A stretch of DNA of 64,000 nucleotides, from NCBI GenBank assembly GCA_050575255.1, contig JBNZDD010013568.1, forward strand, positions 1,047,243 to 1,111,242, read 5' to 3'. The position numbers and the translations under genes are program-made. Below the pieces are notes generated by a model, which saw nothing but the letters and a program-made list of their open reading frames with translations, was not told where the DNA came from and searched no databases. Of this stretch, positions 37,947 through 50,800 are shown piece after piece (position 1 is the first letter of the stretch; each line of letters opens with the position of its first letter). The stretch is from Harriotta raleighana (taxonomy: Eukaryota).

Positions 37947-39620
37947 ATACACCAAGTGCCCTGGAACGCCACCCTGCGAGAGGTGAGGGGTGCAAAATAA
38001 ACACAAGTTATTGTTGTTGATCAGCCCGGGTTGAATTTGAATCACATACTTCAGGAGGCTGAGAAATGATCAAAGCTGAGTTCCTCCTTTTAGTTCCATC
38101 GCAATTAGGCCTTGAAGGAGGCGAGGGGGGTGAGGCGGAGGGGATCCGGGATGGTGTTCCAGAGAGTGGGGCAGAAAGGCTGATGGCCCCACCACAATAA
38201 GGTGGATAACCTTGCTGACACAATCTCATCGCAGATGAAATATTCCTTGTGGACAAGGTATTGAAGGAGACTGGCTCCTGTGGAACCACATGCCAACATG
38301 AGAAGCCATTTTCTGGACAGGTATGGAGATCCAAGCCAACACCCAAGGGTTTGTTATGGTCAGAGGTAAATCACCTAGTTTACCCCTTTCACTCTTTGCA
38401 GCTCTTCATCCCAGCGTTGATTGAGTCTAGGGGACAGAGGGGTACAAGTGAGCTGTTTCCTGGCAGATACCAATGGTGTCCTCGTCTACCCATAGGAAGT
38501 GTGTAGGTGGAGACACCCTAACTGCTTATACTCCCCCTTTTCAAAGAGATGATCTGTCTCTGCCTTGCACCTCTCACCTGCGCTTGCTTCTCCACTTAAA
38601 GCAGCATGACGCATTTTACTCCCCCCAAAATAATAGCAACACGCTATTCCAGAGGTAGGTGCAGATTGAAAATGTCATTCAGTACACTGCTTAACACAGA
38701 GATAAAGGAAGACCAATAGTAGTCAATATTGTTCTCACGATTGAAATCGTTTGGTCTCTGCAATGATCAAAGGAAACTCGCAGCTCAAAGGGGATAACAT
38801 CCAATTTTGTATCTTCCTAGAGAAAGGACCAGAATCTTAAATAACCATATCTGCAGTTTTAAAAGCTGTTATTAAGTAGAAGCAAGTTGAAACAAGAATG
38901 CGACCGATTACATTATTGTTAAATTCTTCCACTGAAATTATTAGTTAATTGTGCTGCCATCCTAAAAACTGAGAAAGCCAATTACTCAGAAGAAAAACCA
39001 CATCTGTCACATTTTGAACAGCTCTGGGTGAAATGACCTTCGAAACATCGCTGCTGATGATTAAAGCACCACTACCCACCATTTGACAGTGGAGATACCG
39101 AACTGAGTCAAAACCAACTCATTGAAACCAGCACCATTTTGTTCTGACTCTTGCTGCAGGTGCACACATACATATATATATCTCTCCGCAATTTCCCCCA
39201 CACCCCACCCCGCTTTACTTAAAACACAGCGACTAAAAAAAACTTAAAATGCTAATCACTCGAAGCCGCACATAATTAGTGTAATTCATCAGTAAATTTT
39301 TCGTTTCACTCAGAAAAATATCGACTTATTATAAACCCAGAAGACGTCTTAGAAGTGTTTGGAAGTGTGACACCGTCGTTGTAGAATATTAACAAGCTGG
39401 TAGCTGGGGCAATGGGAGGGTTTGGGCCCAAACCAGAAGGTCAGGGTTTGAGGCTCAGGGACTGCCTGTCACTCCCGGTTGCTCACCTCGGTTGGGTGAG
39501 TTGCAACAGCTCGTGGCGAGGCTCCACCATCACCGTTATCACTGCACCATCTCACAGACATGGGGGAGGGGGGAGGATAGACCCACATACACCAAGCTGT
39601 CCCACTGAACTCTGGCAGTA

Positions 39621-39681
39621 GGGGTAGGGTCTCAGAGAGCTTGGCAGTGGTGGAGACTGACACCGAGGAATGTGGGAGGTG
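39621..39681. repeat. Left arm of a 61-bp inverted repeat
   Basis: 58/61 identical to the reverse complement of 40591-40651. Confidence 0.95.
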
Positions 39682-40479
39682 TTGGTTGTTAGACGACAAG
39701 AGTGAATGAAGCAGCCTCGGGGTGAACTCCGGGCTGGCCTGTCCTCTCTCTCGGCCGCAAGGGTTTGGTTGCTGGTCGACAGCTCTGTTATGTAAGGACT
39801 TGGAACAAATCCGTCAGCAACAAGTCAAAAAGAGGATTAAAGTCTTCTCGCAGCCACACAAGAATACACGTGGGCACAGCCAGACACAGGTAAAGCCTCC
39901 TCCTAAAGTGTTTGTAGTGTCAAAGCATTCAGATGCCGGAATAAATGTCTTCTCATTCTGCAGAGATGTCAGGGCATAAACAATGTCTGCCCACCTAGCC
40001 ACTTTGCTGGTCTGAAAGCTTGAGTCACATTAAGGGATTTAACGCAGTTTGTTGCCAGAGGTTTTTCCCACGCAGGCCCACTCGTCACCTCCGCACTGTG
40101 CTGACTTCAACTCATTGGGCGAAGGGGCCACTGCCGGCTGGTAAATTCAACATTCCCGACACTCCACACAGACAGAAATTTGTCACCAACTCCCGACACT
40201 CCGTCCATTTTTAACCAGATGGTGTTGCGGACTGACAGACTGGTGGAGAGTGATTAGTGTGGCGGACGCTGTCATGCTTGTTCGGTCGCAGTATTGAGGC
40301 GAGGACCAGCAACACAATGTAAAGCAAAAGAGGAAACAAAACAAACCGCTCCGTGACACCCCGCCACCCACCCCGCCCCCCACCCCCAATCACAACTAAA
40401 ACAAATAAACTATTCCAGTCCTCGGCAGCCCCTTGTGAAATCATCGCTGGGATTGCGCACATCCGGTGTGCAAATGATT

Positions 40480-40691
40480 ACGTTTGAGTATATCCGGACG
40501 TTGAAGATACCTCTCTCCCTCAATCCCTATTGCCCTCCTAACTTTAATTTCCCACCCAAAAGACCTGTCTTTTTTGATCATGCTTGCAGCCACCTCCCAC
40601 CTTCCTCGGTGTCAGTCTCCGCCACTGCCAAGCTCTCTGGGACCCTACCCCAGCAAGTTATAAATGCAAGTTGTTTTTGTTGTTGTTGTTG
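40480..40691 (+). mobile_element. L2 LINE 3' end, containing the right arm (40591-40651) of the inverted repeat
   Basis: aaaagacctgtcttttttgatcatgct...cacc resembles the L2 ORF2 end (KTxLFxxAF). It ends in tataaatgcaagtt(gtt)n. Confidence 0.65.
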
Positions 40692-42639
40692 AGCCGTTCA
40701 CAGCACTGAGGTACTCGTACGAAAGATACTAGACTCCCACTGTTGTTCAGCATCATTAATGTACAGCCTCGTGTAACCACAGAATCGTCTAACAACCAAC
40801 ACGCCTAATTGACCCAATTTCATACAGAGTGCTTGCTCGGAGAGAAACTCACACAAAGAAAATCAACAAAACCAATTAAGACTCAAGCAAAAGAGACTGA
40901 TCTGTAGCGACATGTACACTAATTAATAAAGCATTCCAATGTACAGAAATAACAAGCATTTTTATTGCATGGCATATTTCTAGCGAGGCCATGAAAATTC
41001 ATGAGACAAGATTGGCACAGTGAACTGCTCACTGCTGTCAAGCCTTCCTGTTCAAAGGTCCCAATTAACTAGACAGGAAGCTGCCACGTACAGCTCGTCG
41101 GATTTGTCAGCTGAGAAACCATCATCATAGGGCAGAGACTGAAAACAATCAGATAAGCAGCATGCATCAAATCTGATTACGGTGCTATCTGCACCAGCGA
41201 GGACCCTGCCGAGCCTTTATCTCTCACTAACATCCTTTACCGCAGAACAATTGGTTGCAACCACAAGCATCATGTTTTCTGGCTGCTGCTATCGGGGTAT
41301 AAGAATGCAGTCTGCTCAAAACGGTGGGAAAGCAATTCTTGTATTCAGAACCACACAGGCAAGGTTTGGTGTCAGAGCTGGGGTTAGTGTGCACCTTTCC
41401 AGCACTCTGGGGGGGGGGCGCCCAAAAGAAAAACGATCTACTCCACCTGAACAGCGCTATTATATAAATGCAAGTTGTTGTTCAACTGCACAATTGGATC
41501 ACACACAGGAATAGACTGACCTGTTGGGATGATCTCACTGACACAATACAAAGCTGAGAGACTTTCAGAAACAAAGGAATTTGTGACTGAAGGGATGAGA
41601 AGTGACAAGCTGACTCCTCCTCACCCTCACCACAGGGTGTAACAGTGAAGTGACTGAGGGCTCGGGCCTCGCTTTCTGCTGCACAAACCTCACCATTGGC
41701 CTGAGAAGAGCCTTGGCTTTTAAAAAAAATTTTTTTTACATAAAGGAACAGAGCATGGCTGCGTAATGACATGATTCAAGTCTCTGCTTTCTCTCTGAGC
41801 CGATTGGAAAGTGAATAGAGAGATCGGGACACATTGCGTCACTCGCATATACATTGTGCATTGTCTGAAGTCAGGATATTGGGATATCACCTATCCCCCC
41901 AGTGATGAAGGCTTTTTAAGAACACAAGCAGCTGCATCAGGCCTGATCACTGGCCCTGGTTGGGGTGAGCTGTGCCTGCAGTTTGGTGGAAGTGGCCTCA
42001 TAATGAAGCTCACGGCAACTGGTTTCTCATTTACTCAAAATGGGAAGCGTTTCCAGATTCACTGTAAAACGGATTGGATTCACTTCAGACGCCAAGGAAT
42101 TAAGTAAAGGGATATATGTGTGTCTGCATCGCTGCCTGAAAAAGCCACGCCTGTCAGAAGCTTTATATATGTATAACCATCAAACAGGGAGATGAATTAC
42201 AAGTCAATATATATATGCTTTGAGACAATAACATATTCACAGAATATACTGTAAAGGGAATTGACTGTACATATGTGGGCAAAATACGGCAGCTAATATA
42301 TGGGCATGATGGTAGCTTAGTCAAATTCTGAAACCATTAGAAAGAATGGACTGACCGGGTAGGGCAGGGTTTGGCGAAATCCTTTTCACTCTGAACATGG
42401 TACAACAATAGCATGAAAAGCTTCCTCTGCGATGAGTAAGTAAAGCGAAGCTGGGCCGCCTCCATCCATTGCTAGTGGTAATCTCAGTCAGCAGAATGAT
42501 TGTTATGGGACGTCCCCAAGGTTCAGTCGGCAAGGCAGCTGTACGGTGTCAAACTGAACCACACAGGACAAGCAGGGTCTAGCCTTGGTCAGTGTTGAGT
42601 TATCTGATCCCAACCAAGGCTTACAATTGACTTCAGTGC

Positions 42640-42860
42640 CCGAGGGTGCACAAGAGCAAACCATGATGGAAAGTGTGGCTGGCTGTGCAGAGACATTGCT
42701 TGCTGGACTCATACAAGGAGATGATGGGCAGGTGGCGAGGTACCAGCTAGTACCAATGGAACTGTCCTCCAGCACTATTCAGTGTGAGGGAAGGGACATG
42801 AGGAAGAAGAGAAGGGAGTGGTCTGGATACAAGAATCATCACACAGAAAACTGGGAACAT
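42640..42860 (+). mobile_element. Decayed RTE-clade LINE relic
   Basis: Frame-hopping translation HKS..ESVAGCAETLLA..GQVAR..TVLQ..EG..RKKRREW(L)D resembles RTE HKTN..LVGPQEPLLA..GHVTR..TILQG..EG.RRRGRQRK.WxD. This accounts for part of ORF 42585-43307. Confidence 0.5.
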
Positions 42861-44464
42861 GACGTATCCTCAGACAGTGTGGTGAGACTCTTTGTACCCA
42901 ATGCACACACTACTTTGCAGCGAAAAATGCTCAATGGTGTGAAAGCAATGGGTAGCACAAATGGTGTTAAGACAAAGCTGGGAACGATGCTTCTAAAACC
43001 TTTGCTCTTTCTTTCTTGTCCTTTCAAAGTGAAGACAGCAGCCGCATGGGATCCAACCTGCTCCTGCCCCAGAAGTGACCTCCTGTGGCTGACTGGCTTC
43101 TTCCTACTCTCTGCTAAAGATTTACATTTCTTCAGCGGAGGGGTTGGAAAAACAAAAGATGTTGGTGGTCAGAACCATTTTGTGTACATTTGGAGCCTGA
43201 GTGAAGTTGCTTTGAAAGTATTCCTGTGGCTGTTTGTAGCATCTGTTTTTGTGTACAGACTCCAGACAGTCTATTCTGAAAAACCAAGTCAAATTAATGA
43301 CTGCTAGCAATGCTTACATCTAAAACCAGTTAGACCAGGAAAGTCTCAGGTTCACTTGCTGGTCTGTGCCAAGTTAGCTGATCTCTCTGTTAGGAGAGGA
43401 ATGAGGTGCATGGAATTGTCCTCCGCACAACAAAACAGGTGGCAATGGAAATGCCAACTTCAGTCCACACCTCAGCTGATTGCTGGTGGGAGATTTACAT
43501 TCCAGAGCTTTGAGTAGGGGCGGGAGGGGGAAGGCTAGGAAGTACGTAAGGAATAAGTCTCTGAGTGTACTGTGGGATGACCTGCCTGGACCCAGGGAAG
43601 GTTGGCTTCAATTATCTTTCTGTTGAACAAAAGAGGATATCCGAGCAATTGAAATGGTTCCCTTCAGCTGCAATGGATCAGAAATAGCTTTGACTCCAAT
43701 GCAGTCAGAGAGAGAGAGAGAGAGTCTCTCCACTCTCAGGACTGTATCAGCTTCAGTTCAGAACGGAGATTAGAGACCGACACAAGCAGACACCCCTGCG
43801 GGCTTAACATACCACCCTGTTGACTTCGTTAGTAATGGAAAAAAAATCTCTAAAGGATCCCGGCTCTGTTTTGAGGGAGTTTTTAATTGTTTTCACTACA
43901 AAGTGAACAGCTTTACAGTAAAGCTCAAAATGCAGACATTCTTATTTATAGCAGCTGCCGAACGTCTGCAAGATGAAGGATTTTCAAACTAAATTGCTGA
44001 CATTGCTCCATACAATGAGTCATATCTTAACCGTGAAACCGCTTTTGATTTCAAACCAGTTGTAGAATGTGCACATCTTAATATAGAGAAACCAGGCTGA
44101 CCAACACCCCCAAAGGGAATTTGTGCTCTTTATGACTGAGCAGCTCAAGATTATTATTGAACGTGCACTGCAAAGTGACCACAAACATGACAGCTTATCC
44201 CACATCCTCAAAGCTGTAGTCACACAAGAGGAGCTCCACGGCCTCACTGCCAAACGCCTCGCTTTTCAGTTAGAGAGAGCGAGGGAGAGGCTGAAAATGC
44301 TCTGACCTGACATAAAATGGCGCTGGCCTGTGGTCAAACACTGAGTGGTTTGTAATAATCCATCTCAAAAACTAGTAATTGTGAGCCAACCATTTAACCA
44401 AGAAGTTACAGTTCATCATGTAAAAGCATCTCAGAATGACAGACAGTTTATCCTATCAGGGTGC

Positions 44465-44703
44465 CATAATTATAATCCTTGCATAATTATAATCCTTGCA
44501 TAATAAGATGCCTTCAAGACGTCTCAAAGCGCTTCACAGTGTTTCACAACAGTCTTGGATGGAGTGACCAAATTGTTATTGCTTTCTTTTCTTGGGAGAT
44601 TATTATCCAGCGTGTGGAGTCAGGAAACCTGCCCAAGATTTCGTGCTGACCTGCTGAGAATCGAACACAGGTCTCTCACTTGCGAGTGCTCTAACCACTG
44701 AGC
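44465..44703 (-). mobile_element. Internally deleted SINE whose tail contains a 17-bp tandem duplication
   Basis: cataattataatccttg occurs twice (44465-44498). Head gaatcgaacacaggtctc...gagtgctctaaccactgag. Confidence 0.8.
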
Positions 44704-44735
44704 AGACATGTGGTGAGTAAAGCGTCAGTCTTCAG

Positions 44736-44812
44736 TGCTGGCCAGAACATAGGGAGAAACTCCTTTCTCTTTTTTCAGTAGTGGGATGGAATCTTTGATG
44801 TCCACCTGAACA
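44736..44812 (-). mobile_element. Deu-domain remnant of an old DeuSINE
   Basis: Reverse complement caggtggacatcaaagattccat...gaaaggagtttctccctatgttctggcca versus recalled Deu core caggtggacgtaaaagatcccat...ggggagttctcccggtgtcctggcca. Confidence 0.7.
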
Positions 44813-45411
44813 ACGACCTAATAACGACCACAATCTTCAGGAGGCATCTGGGGATGACTTGTTTAAACCTGCAGCACTGGTGAGCTGTTTTAGCAAATGA
44901 CTTGTCAGTTTATCATCGCACAATGCAATTTGTGCTCAAAATACTGCTTTCACTCCGTCTCCTCGGTGTGCGACCCAGATGAAAATGGCATGTGGCTGAT
45001 CACGCTCCACAAAACTCTAATGATTATCCTTTAATCTTTATTAACTGGAAAGCTCATCTATATTGGCTAATAGATCTCTCCGCAAAAAACGGGTGTTTTG
45101 TATTTGAGAAGAGCTTGTGTTAAAATTCAATGCAATCGGAATACTAAACACTACATTGTCTATTTCCCCAGCTCTAATTTAGGACAGTTGCAAATATAAT
45201 TGTGAAATTGATTCATTTACTTTATATATTTTCGAGGTCTGCCCTTGGTAATCTCACCATTGGTAAAGTGTTAGTGAGTTGAAACAGCACTGAATACTGC
45301 TCAGATTGATTAAATAAATGTTGTTATTCGAGTGGGAACAGTTCAGAGGTTTTTCATGAAATCAGACTTCAATGAAGAACTGCGAATTACAGCAAACGTG
45401 GAGAAATCTAG

Positions 45412-45544
45412 ATAATAATCCTTGCATTTTTGATATAGTACTTTTCACATCTTATCGACGTCTCAAAGCACTTCAGAGAATATACTGCAAAGTGAATTGA
45501 CTGTATATATTTGTGGGCGAAACGTAGCAGCCAATTGCGCACAG
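45412..45544 (-). mobile_element. SINE 3' fragment
   Basis: Close reverse complement of 45842-45977. Confidence 0.88.
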
Positions 45545-45651
45545 GTGGATCTGGACTCTGATCAGGAACCAGTGAAGTGACCTGTCACACGGCGAGCCTG
45601 AGACCCGGGGAAACTACCAACATGTAAAGGGCTTTGGGAAAGAGCTATTAT

Positions 45652-45977
45652 GGAGCTCCTGTGGCTTAGTGGTTAGAGCACTCGCCTTACAAGCGTGAGA
45701 CCTGTGTTCGAATTCAGGCAGATCAGGGCGAAGCCTTGGGCAAGTTTCCTTACTCCACATGCCTAATAATAATCCCTCCAAAAAAAACACAAAAATAAAA
45801 TTGGTCATTTCAATCCATGACTGTTTGTGTGGGGGTCGCTGCTGTGCGCAATTGGCTGCCATGTTCCTCCCACAAATATACAGTCAATTTACTTCACGGT
45901 ATATTCTGTGAAGCGCTTTGGGCCGTCGATAAGATGTGAAAAGCGCTATAGCAAATGCAAGGTTTATTATTATTATT
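45652..45977 (+). mobile_element. Full-length young tRNA-derived SINE
   Basis: ggagctcctgtggcttagtggttagagcactcgccttacaagc...gttcgaattc head, tail stem agcgcttt...aaagcgct, and (ATT)n end. Confidence 0.92.
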
Positions 45978-46216
45978 CTAAAAGCACTTTGGGACACCAC
46001 GCTGAATGAGAGAAACAATATATGAATGTGATTAAAGTTTTGTTGTTATTGTTGATGATGATGCTGTTAATTGCCAGCTCACCCCCCACCCCCTCCTCTC
46101 CGTTCCAAGAGATTTCAGTCCATTTTGTGGAATCGGAAAGTATAGGAACTGTTAGTTACCAAAAACAGAACAAAAGTGAAAGCAATGGGAGCCACACTCA
46201 CATTTTAAACTTTATA

Positions 46217-46238
46217 CACGCACACACACCCCCCCCCA

Positions 46239-46274
<36 letters not shown>

Positions 46275-46333
46275 TAATAGACTGGCTTTGGTGTTCTATG
46301 TTATCACATGGGGGGAGAGAGAGAGAGAGAGAG
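46217..46333. repeat. (CA)n and (GA)n microsatellites
   Basis: Visible dinucleotide runs. Similar runs occur at 8134, 10527, 12228, 13038, 43707 and 46815. Confidence 0.9.
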
Positions 46334-47629
46334 ATACAAACTGCGAGCACTGCCCAAGGCTAATCTGCTGGTAAAGCCAGAGAAAGATCAGCGAAAGCCA
46401 GAGAGCAGCACAGGCTGACTGACCGGCTATTTTACAATGCACGAGGGATAAAGAAACGGGGGATGAATCTAGGTTTACAGAGTAAAAACCAACACAAGAG
46501 GAAATAGACTTTATGTATGTGTACATATATATCTGTGTGTGAGGTGAGGTAGTGGATATTGATTAAGCTACTTAGTGCTTGTAAGCCTATTGTGAAAGGC
46601 AACTCACTGTGCCGAAAGGGAAATCCCATGACAAATGCTTTGGGCCAACTCTGCCAGGCTTTTCCAACAAGAACCATTTTTTCCCTCAGGGCTGGGCTCA
46701 TACATAACGGGAAAAAAAGTACTTTGGGAGCGTCAGACGCGTGCCAGAGCAAACACACTGTGAGATGCCACAATCAAGTCAATAACACAACCAGAATAGG
46801 GAGGCACAACCTCCGAGAGAGAGAGAGAGAGAGAAACTGGGGACACAGTGAAAACGCACACTGACTCTCACAAAGGGGAGCTTACTGAAAACTTATGAGG
46901 GTAACCCATGAAGGTTGGTGGGGGGGGGGTGGGAAATCACATGATGTGGGAGAAGGTGATGTGGTAATGGGGGAGGGGGTGGGGTCTCTCACTCGGATCT
47001 CAAGACTGTGGCCTTCAAAAACCAAGCTGAATTCTCTCTCTCTCTCTCTCTAGGACACCTGCAAGAAACAAGAGATTCCCCCTTCTGACAGGTGATGAGC
47101 TGCAAGATTTTCTAAAAAAAAAATGTCAATGTTTACAATCCTTCCTGTTTCGTATTAGTTGAATGGAAATGTTTTCTTCCCCCTTTGAGCTGCCTCAGCG
47201 TCACTTCCATCGCTTTCAACCACTCTTTTATGAAATATCAGATAACATCTACCAGACCTTTTGCTCCGCGTGCGATTCAGGTAATTAATGTGCATTGTGA
47301 CTGACATCACACAGCCCAATTACTGCCTCTCACCTAACTGGAATAATTAACTGAAATAACCTCATCACATTTCCTGTTTTGCCTAATATGACAGCTACAC
47401 AGGTTTAGAACATTAATTGAACCTTTTCAGCACAGAATTTATGTGGCAGTTTCCAGATCAGAAACATGATTTCCATGTAATATCACTCCTACAAAGGCAG
47501 CATTAAATAACAGCCACAGTGGAAAATGTTCACACTACACAGAGCAATGCACAGAGCGATGGCATAGATAGCAGTGACACAGCCTTTGGGTCCCCACACT
47601 GAGCAATTTGACAAGGCTGGGGGAAAGGA

Positions 47630-47649
47630 GGGGGGGGGGGGGGGGGGGG
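47630..47649 (+). repeat. G20 homopolymer
   Basis: 20 consecutive G. Confidence 0.9.
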
Positions 47650-47726
47650 CTACAATTGTAAGAGTAATAATCGCTTCAAAGTAAAATTAATTAAGAAAAA
47701 TAATAGTTTGGTTACTGAGTTCACGG

Positions 47727-47888
47727 CTGTTTGTAAGGCTCTGCTGGGCGCAATTGGCTGCCACTTTTGCGCTCACAGAATATACAATCAAATTCAATTA
47801 AAATAGATTCTGTGAAATGCTTTGAAACGTCTTGAAAACTTGATAAGACGCTATAACAAATGCGAGGATTATTATTATTATCATTATC
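47727..47888 (+). mobile_element. SINE 3' half, diverged
   Basis: gcgcaattggctgccac...tctgtgaaatgctttgaaacgtc...aaatgcgagg(att)n. Confidence 0.8.
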
Positions 47889-50800
47889 AGGCGATTTTGA
47901 AGGGGTACTGCTGTAGTGCTCAGTAGGCCTATGTTCTATTTGCTTCTCATCAACTACAACTGCAATAACATTTGCTGAGCGCCTCTCAGGACAAGAGGAC
48001 GTCCCAAGGCCTTCTCACTCCCTTAGTAAAGCTGATGTGTTTACCTGGGTGACTGGAGCCAAGGCTTGATCAATGGCTTGGTGCTATTGGCTGTTTGTAC
48101 CATCTCTAGCCCTCTGTCATTGCCTAACTTATGAAGGAGGGGAAAGAGATGACAGGAAGTTCTGCGCAATCCAACTGATTTCAGTCAAAAGCTAAATGCA
48201 CTAACTTAGCTATGGTTTGCCAACTGTAACAGTTATAAAACTCCATTCCAGGTGTCTGGCTCAGTGTAGAACTCCGCAACACTACTCAGCAGGACATCTA
48301 CTCCTGCTGGGATTTATGTTGAGTTAAAACAATTCGCAACCCAGCAGCACCGGAGGTTACATTAGGGCAATGTATCCCCAGAGCAGAGATGGGAGAAACC
48401 TGGGGATTCTGCTCTGACCATTAGTCAGTATCTTACAGGTGGATGACCAGGAAGAGGGAAGAGTGAAAGAACCTGCTCCACTCCCACACATGACCAGACA
48501 CATCAACGCAGTGTGATCTGAGTCAAATCAACCCTGGCACAACATCTCTGTACATTATATAGTGAATGAAGGGTCACAGTTATACCTCTGGAACCTGTAT
48601 CTCAAGTGTATCTTCAACTGCTCTTGAGGCAGCCGAGCCAGTGCTGAGGGGGAACACAGTGTAGCTAACAGGATTCCTCCATAAGTACTTCAAGGAACAA
48701 ATGACGACATCCTCTGGAATCGCATCACACAGGTTTTCACACTGGAATTCAGCTCCTCAGAGCAAATTGTCTACAGGTTCATGTGACAGGACTTCTGGTC
48801 ACCAGAACATAATGACCATGTTTGTCCTAGTAATTACTGACACATTCCATTAAAAACCAACCTGCTTTTTTTTGTTGAAAAGAATCAATACACCTTTCCT
48901 ACAAAGCTTCAAACTAAGGGGCAGCTCGCAAAGTTCAAGGTTTGGCTCTATGGTATTTTTTCCTTTGCATCCAACGCTGGTGGCCATCACTTCCAACGTT
49001 GCTTTGTTTAAACTACTCATTAAAGTTAGCAAGGGAAGGGAATCCACGACACCGGGGTTGAATATCACAGAATGTACCTCAATTACTTGCCTTGACATAC
49101 AGTACAGTGTAGGCTGCATTGTCAGTCACTGTAAGAAGCTGAATGAACAGTTTGATGACAATGTGAAATGCACTCACCATTACTCACGCAGCAAATTCCT
49201 GATCAAGAGAGGTGCTGACTGGAGGCCGAGCCCTTCCTCTGGAGGGAAAGCCCGAATTCCATGGAGATCAGCACATTTTACCCCACCTCCCCATTAAGGG
49301 CCTCGCTAATAAGGCAGCCTTAATGGGGTGGTGTCACATCAAGGGAGTGAGCCTTCTCACCTATTCTCTTATTTACGTTAAAGGGGCAAAGAGTGCTGTG
49401 GTTTTAATGTTAACTGCAATATTAGATCGTCAAAAAGTTTGAGAATCATTTTTACTCTCAATAAAAGCTCAACAATTATAGCAAAGGATTTGATGGTACT
49501 GGGGGAGGGGGCTTCTGTCTGAGGAAACACCATCAAATTACCTATATTATCACAGATATTTTTGAGTTTTCAATGCATTCGATGTATGAATTGGAATGTC
49601 AAAATGAGACATATCTTTCTTGGTGTGTCTGGGTCTAAAGTAAGAGAAGAAAATATCTGATCAGATTGCAAATCTTTTAGTAGCAATTTTTTTAATATCG
49701 CTTTTGTTCATCTTTAGCAAGTTGAACTTCAGCAGGATCAGTGAAAACAACACTGCAAGTTAACCAACCGCTCTATCCTAAAAATCACAACCCTTTGCTT
49801 CTCAACTTCCATGCAAATGAGGCTTGAAGGATTTGTAAGCAAACTACTTGTTTGATTTATCGTCTTGCTGTCCTGCTTGCAACGTCTAAACAAATATTTA
49901 CGCATCACAAATTAACACATCACTGAAAAGAGAAGCTTCTTTCACTGTTCAAGTATCAAGATGTCTAAACCAGCTCAGAAGGTGCCCACAAACCTTCACC
50001 AAAGGCCTTGAGAGAATTAGACAGTGGTTCCTCATCAATATCAATCAATCAATCCAAATTACATTTATATAGCGCTTTTCACGTCGGGAGGACATCCCAA
50101 GGCGCTGAACAGTCAGGTATGGAACAGAACAGGTGGGGGGAGGGGTCGGGGTAGGGGGAAGCAGCATAGGAAAATTGATTGTATATTTGTGGGTGAAATG
50201 CGGCAGCCAAATTGCACACAACAGTGTCTCACAAACAGTCGGGGAAGTGGGGCCAGGGGAGAAAGGTGGAAAAGAAGGTAAGTGGGGAGAGGGAGGGAAA
50301 GGTGGGGGGGGCGGTGGTTAAAATACTGCTCAAACCAGATGGTTTGCCACAGCATTTGTACAGAAGGCCTGGTGAATGGTACTGCACAGGTAGCACGCCC
50401 AGCCTGACTCATTTCAGGAGCGTGGGGGACCACAGTATGTGTGTGTGGGCAAGAAAGTCAAAAATGCACCGCATCAAGATTTTTTGTCCAGCATCCAATT
50501 TTCAGTTATTTTCTTCTGTGTGAAAGTTCCCCCGTAAAACACGCCCACACGTGACGTTAGCTGCGCTTCTCCCCATCAACAGATACTGCCAGCAAACCAC
50601 ACTGAAGTGCATCTTCACCTCAAGCAGAGAGCCTCCAGCAAAGTGACCCCGACTGCCTTCCTGAATCTTTGTCTTTTTATTCAGAATAGAACAGGGCATG
50701 TAAAGCTTCAATATTCGAGTCGGCCTTTATTCAGTTGAAATCTTAACTGCATTCGCCTCCGCAATAACTAGTTACTACACCTTACAGGAAACTCTCTCTT

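Noticed and set aside
38200-38360. Possible third RTE relic (DKVLKETG...FSGQVWR...PK)
   Set aside because: Similarity is too weak to distinguish from chance by eye.
44123-44305. Helical-looking peptide EQLKIIIERALQSD...
   Set aside because: No recognisable homologue or convincing splice sites, and it is on the opposite strand to the host gene.
45652-45725. tRNA-Val-like sequence (also at 34210-34282, 54679 and others)
   Set aside because: Continues directly into the SINE body and lacks a proper acceptor stem. These are SINE heads, not tRNA genes.
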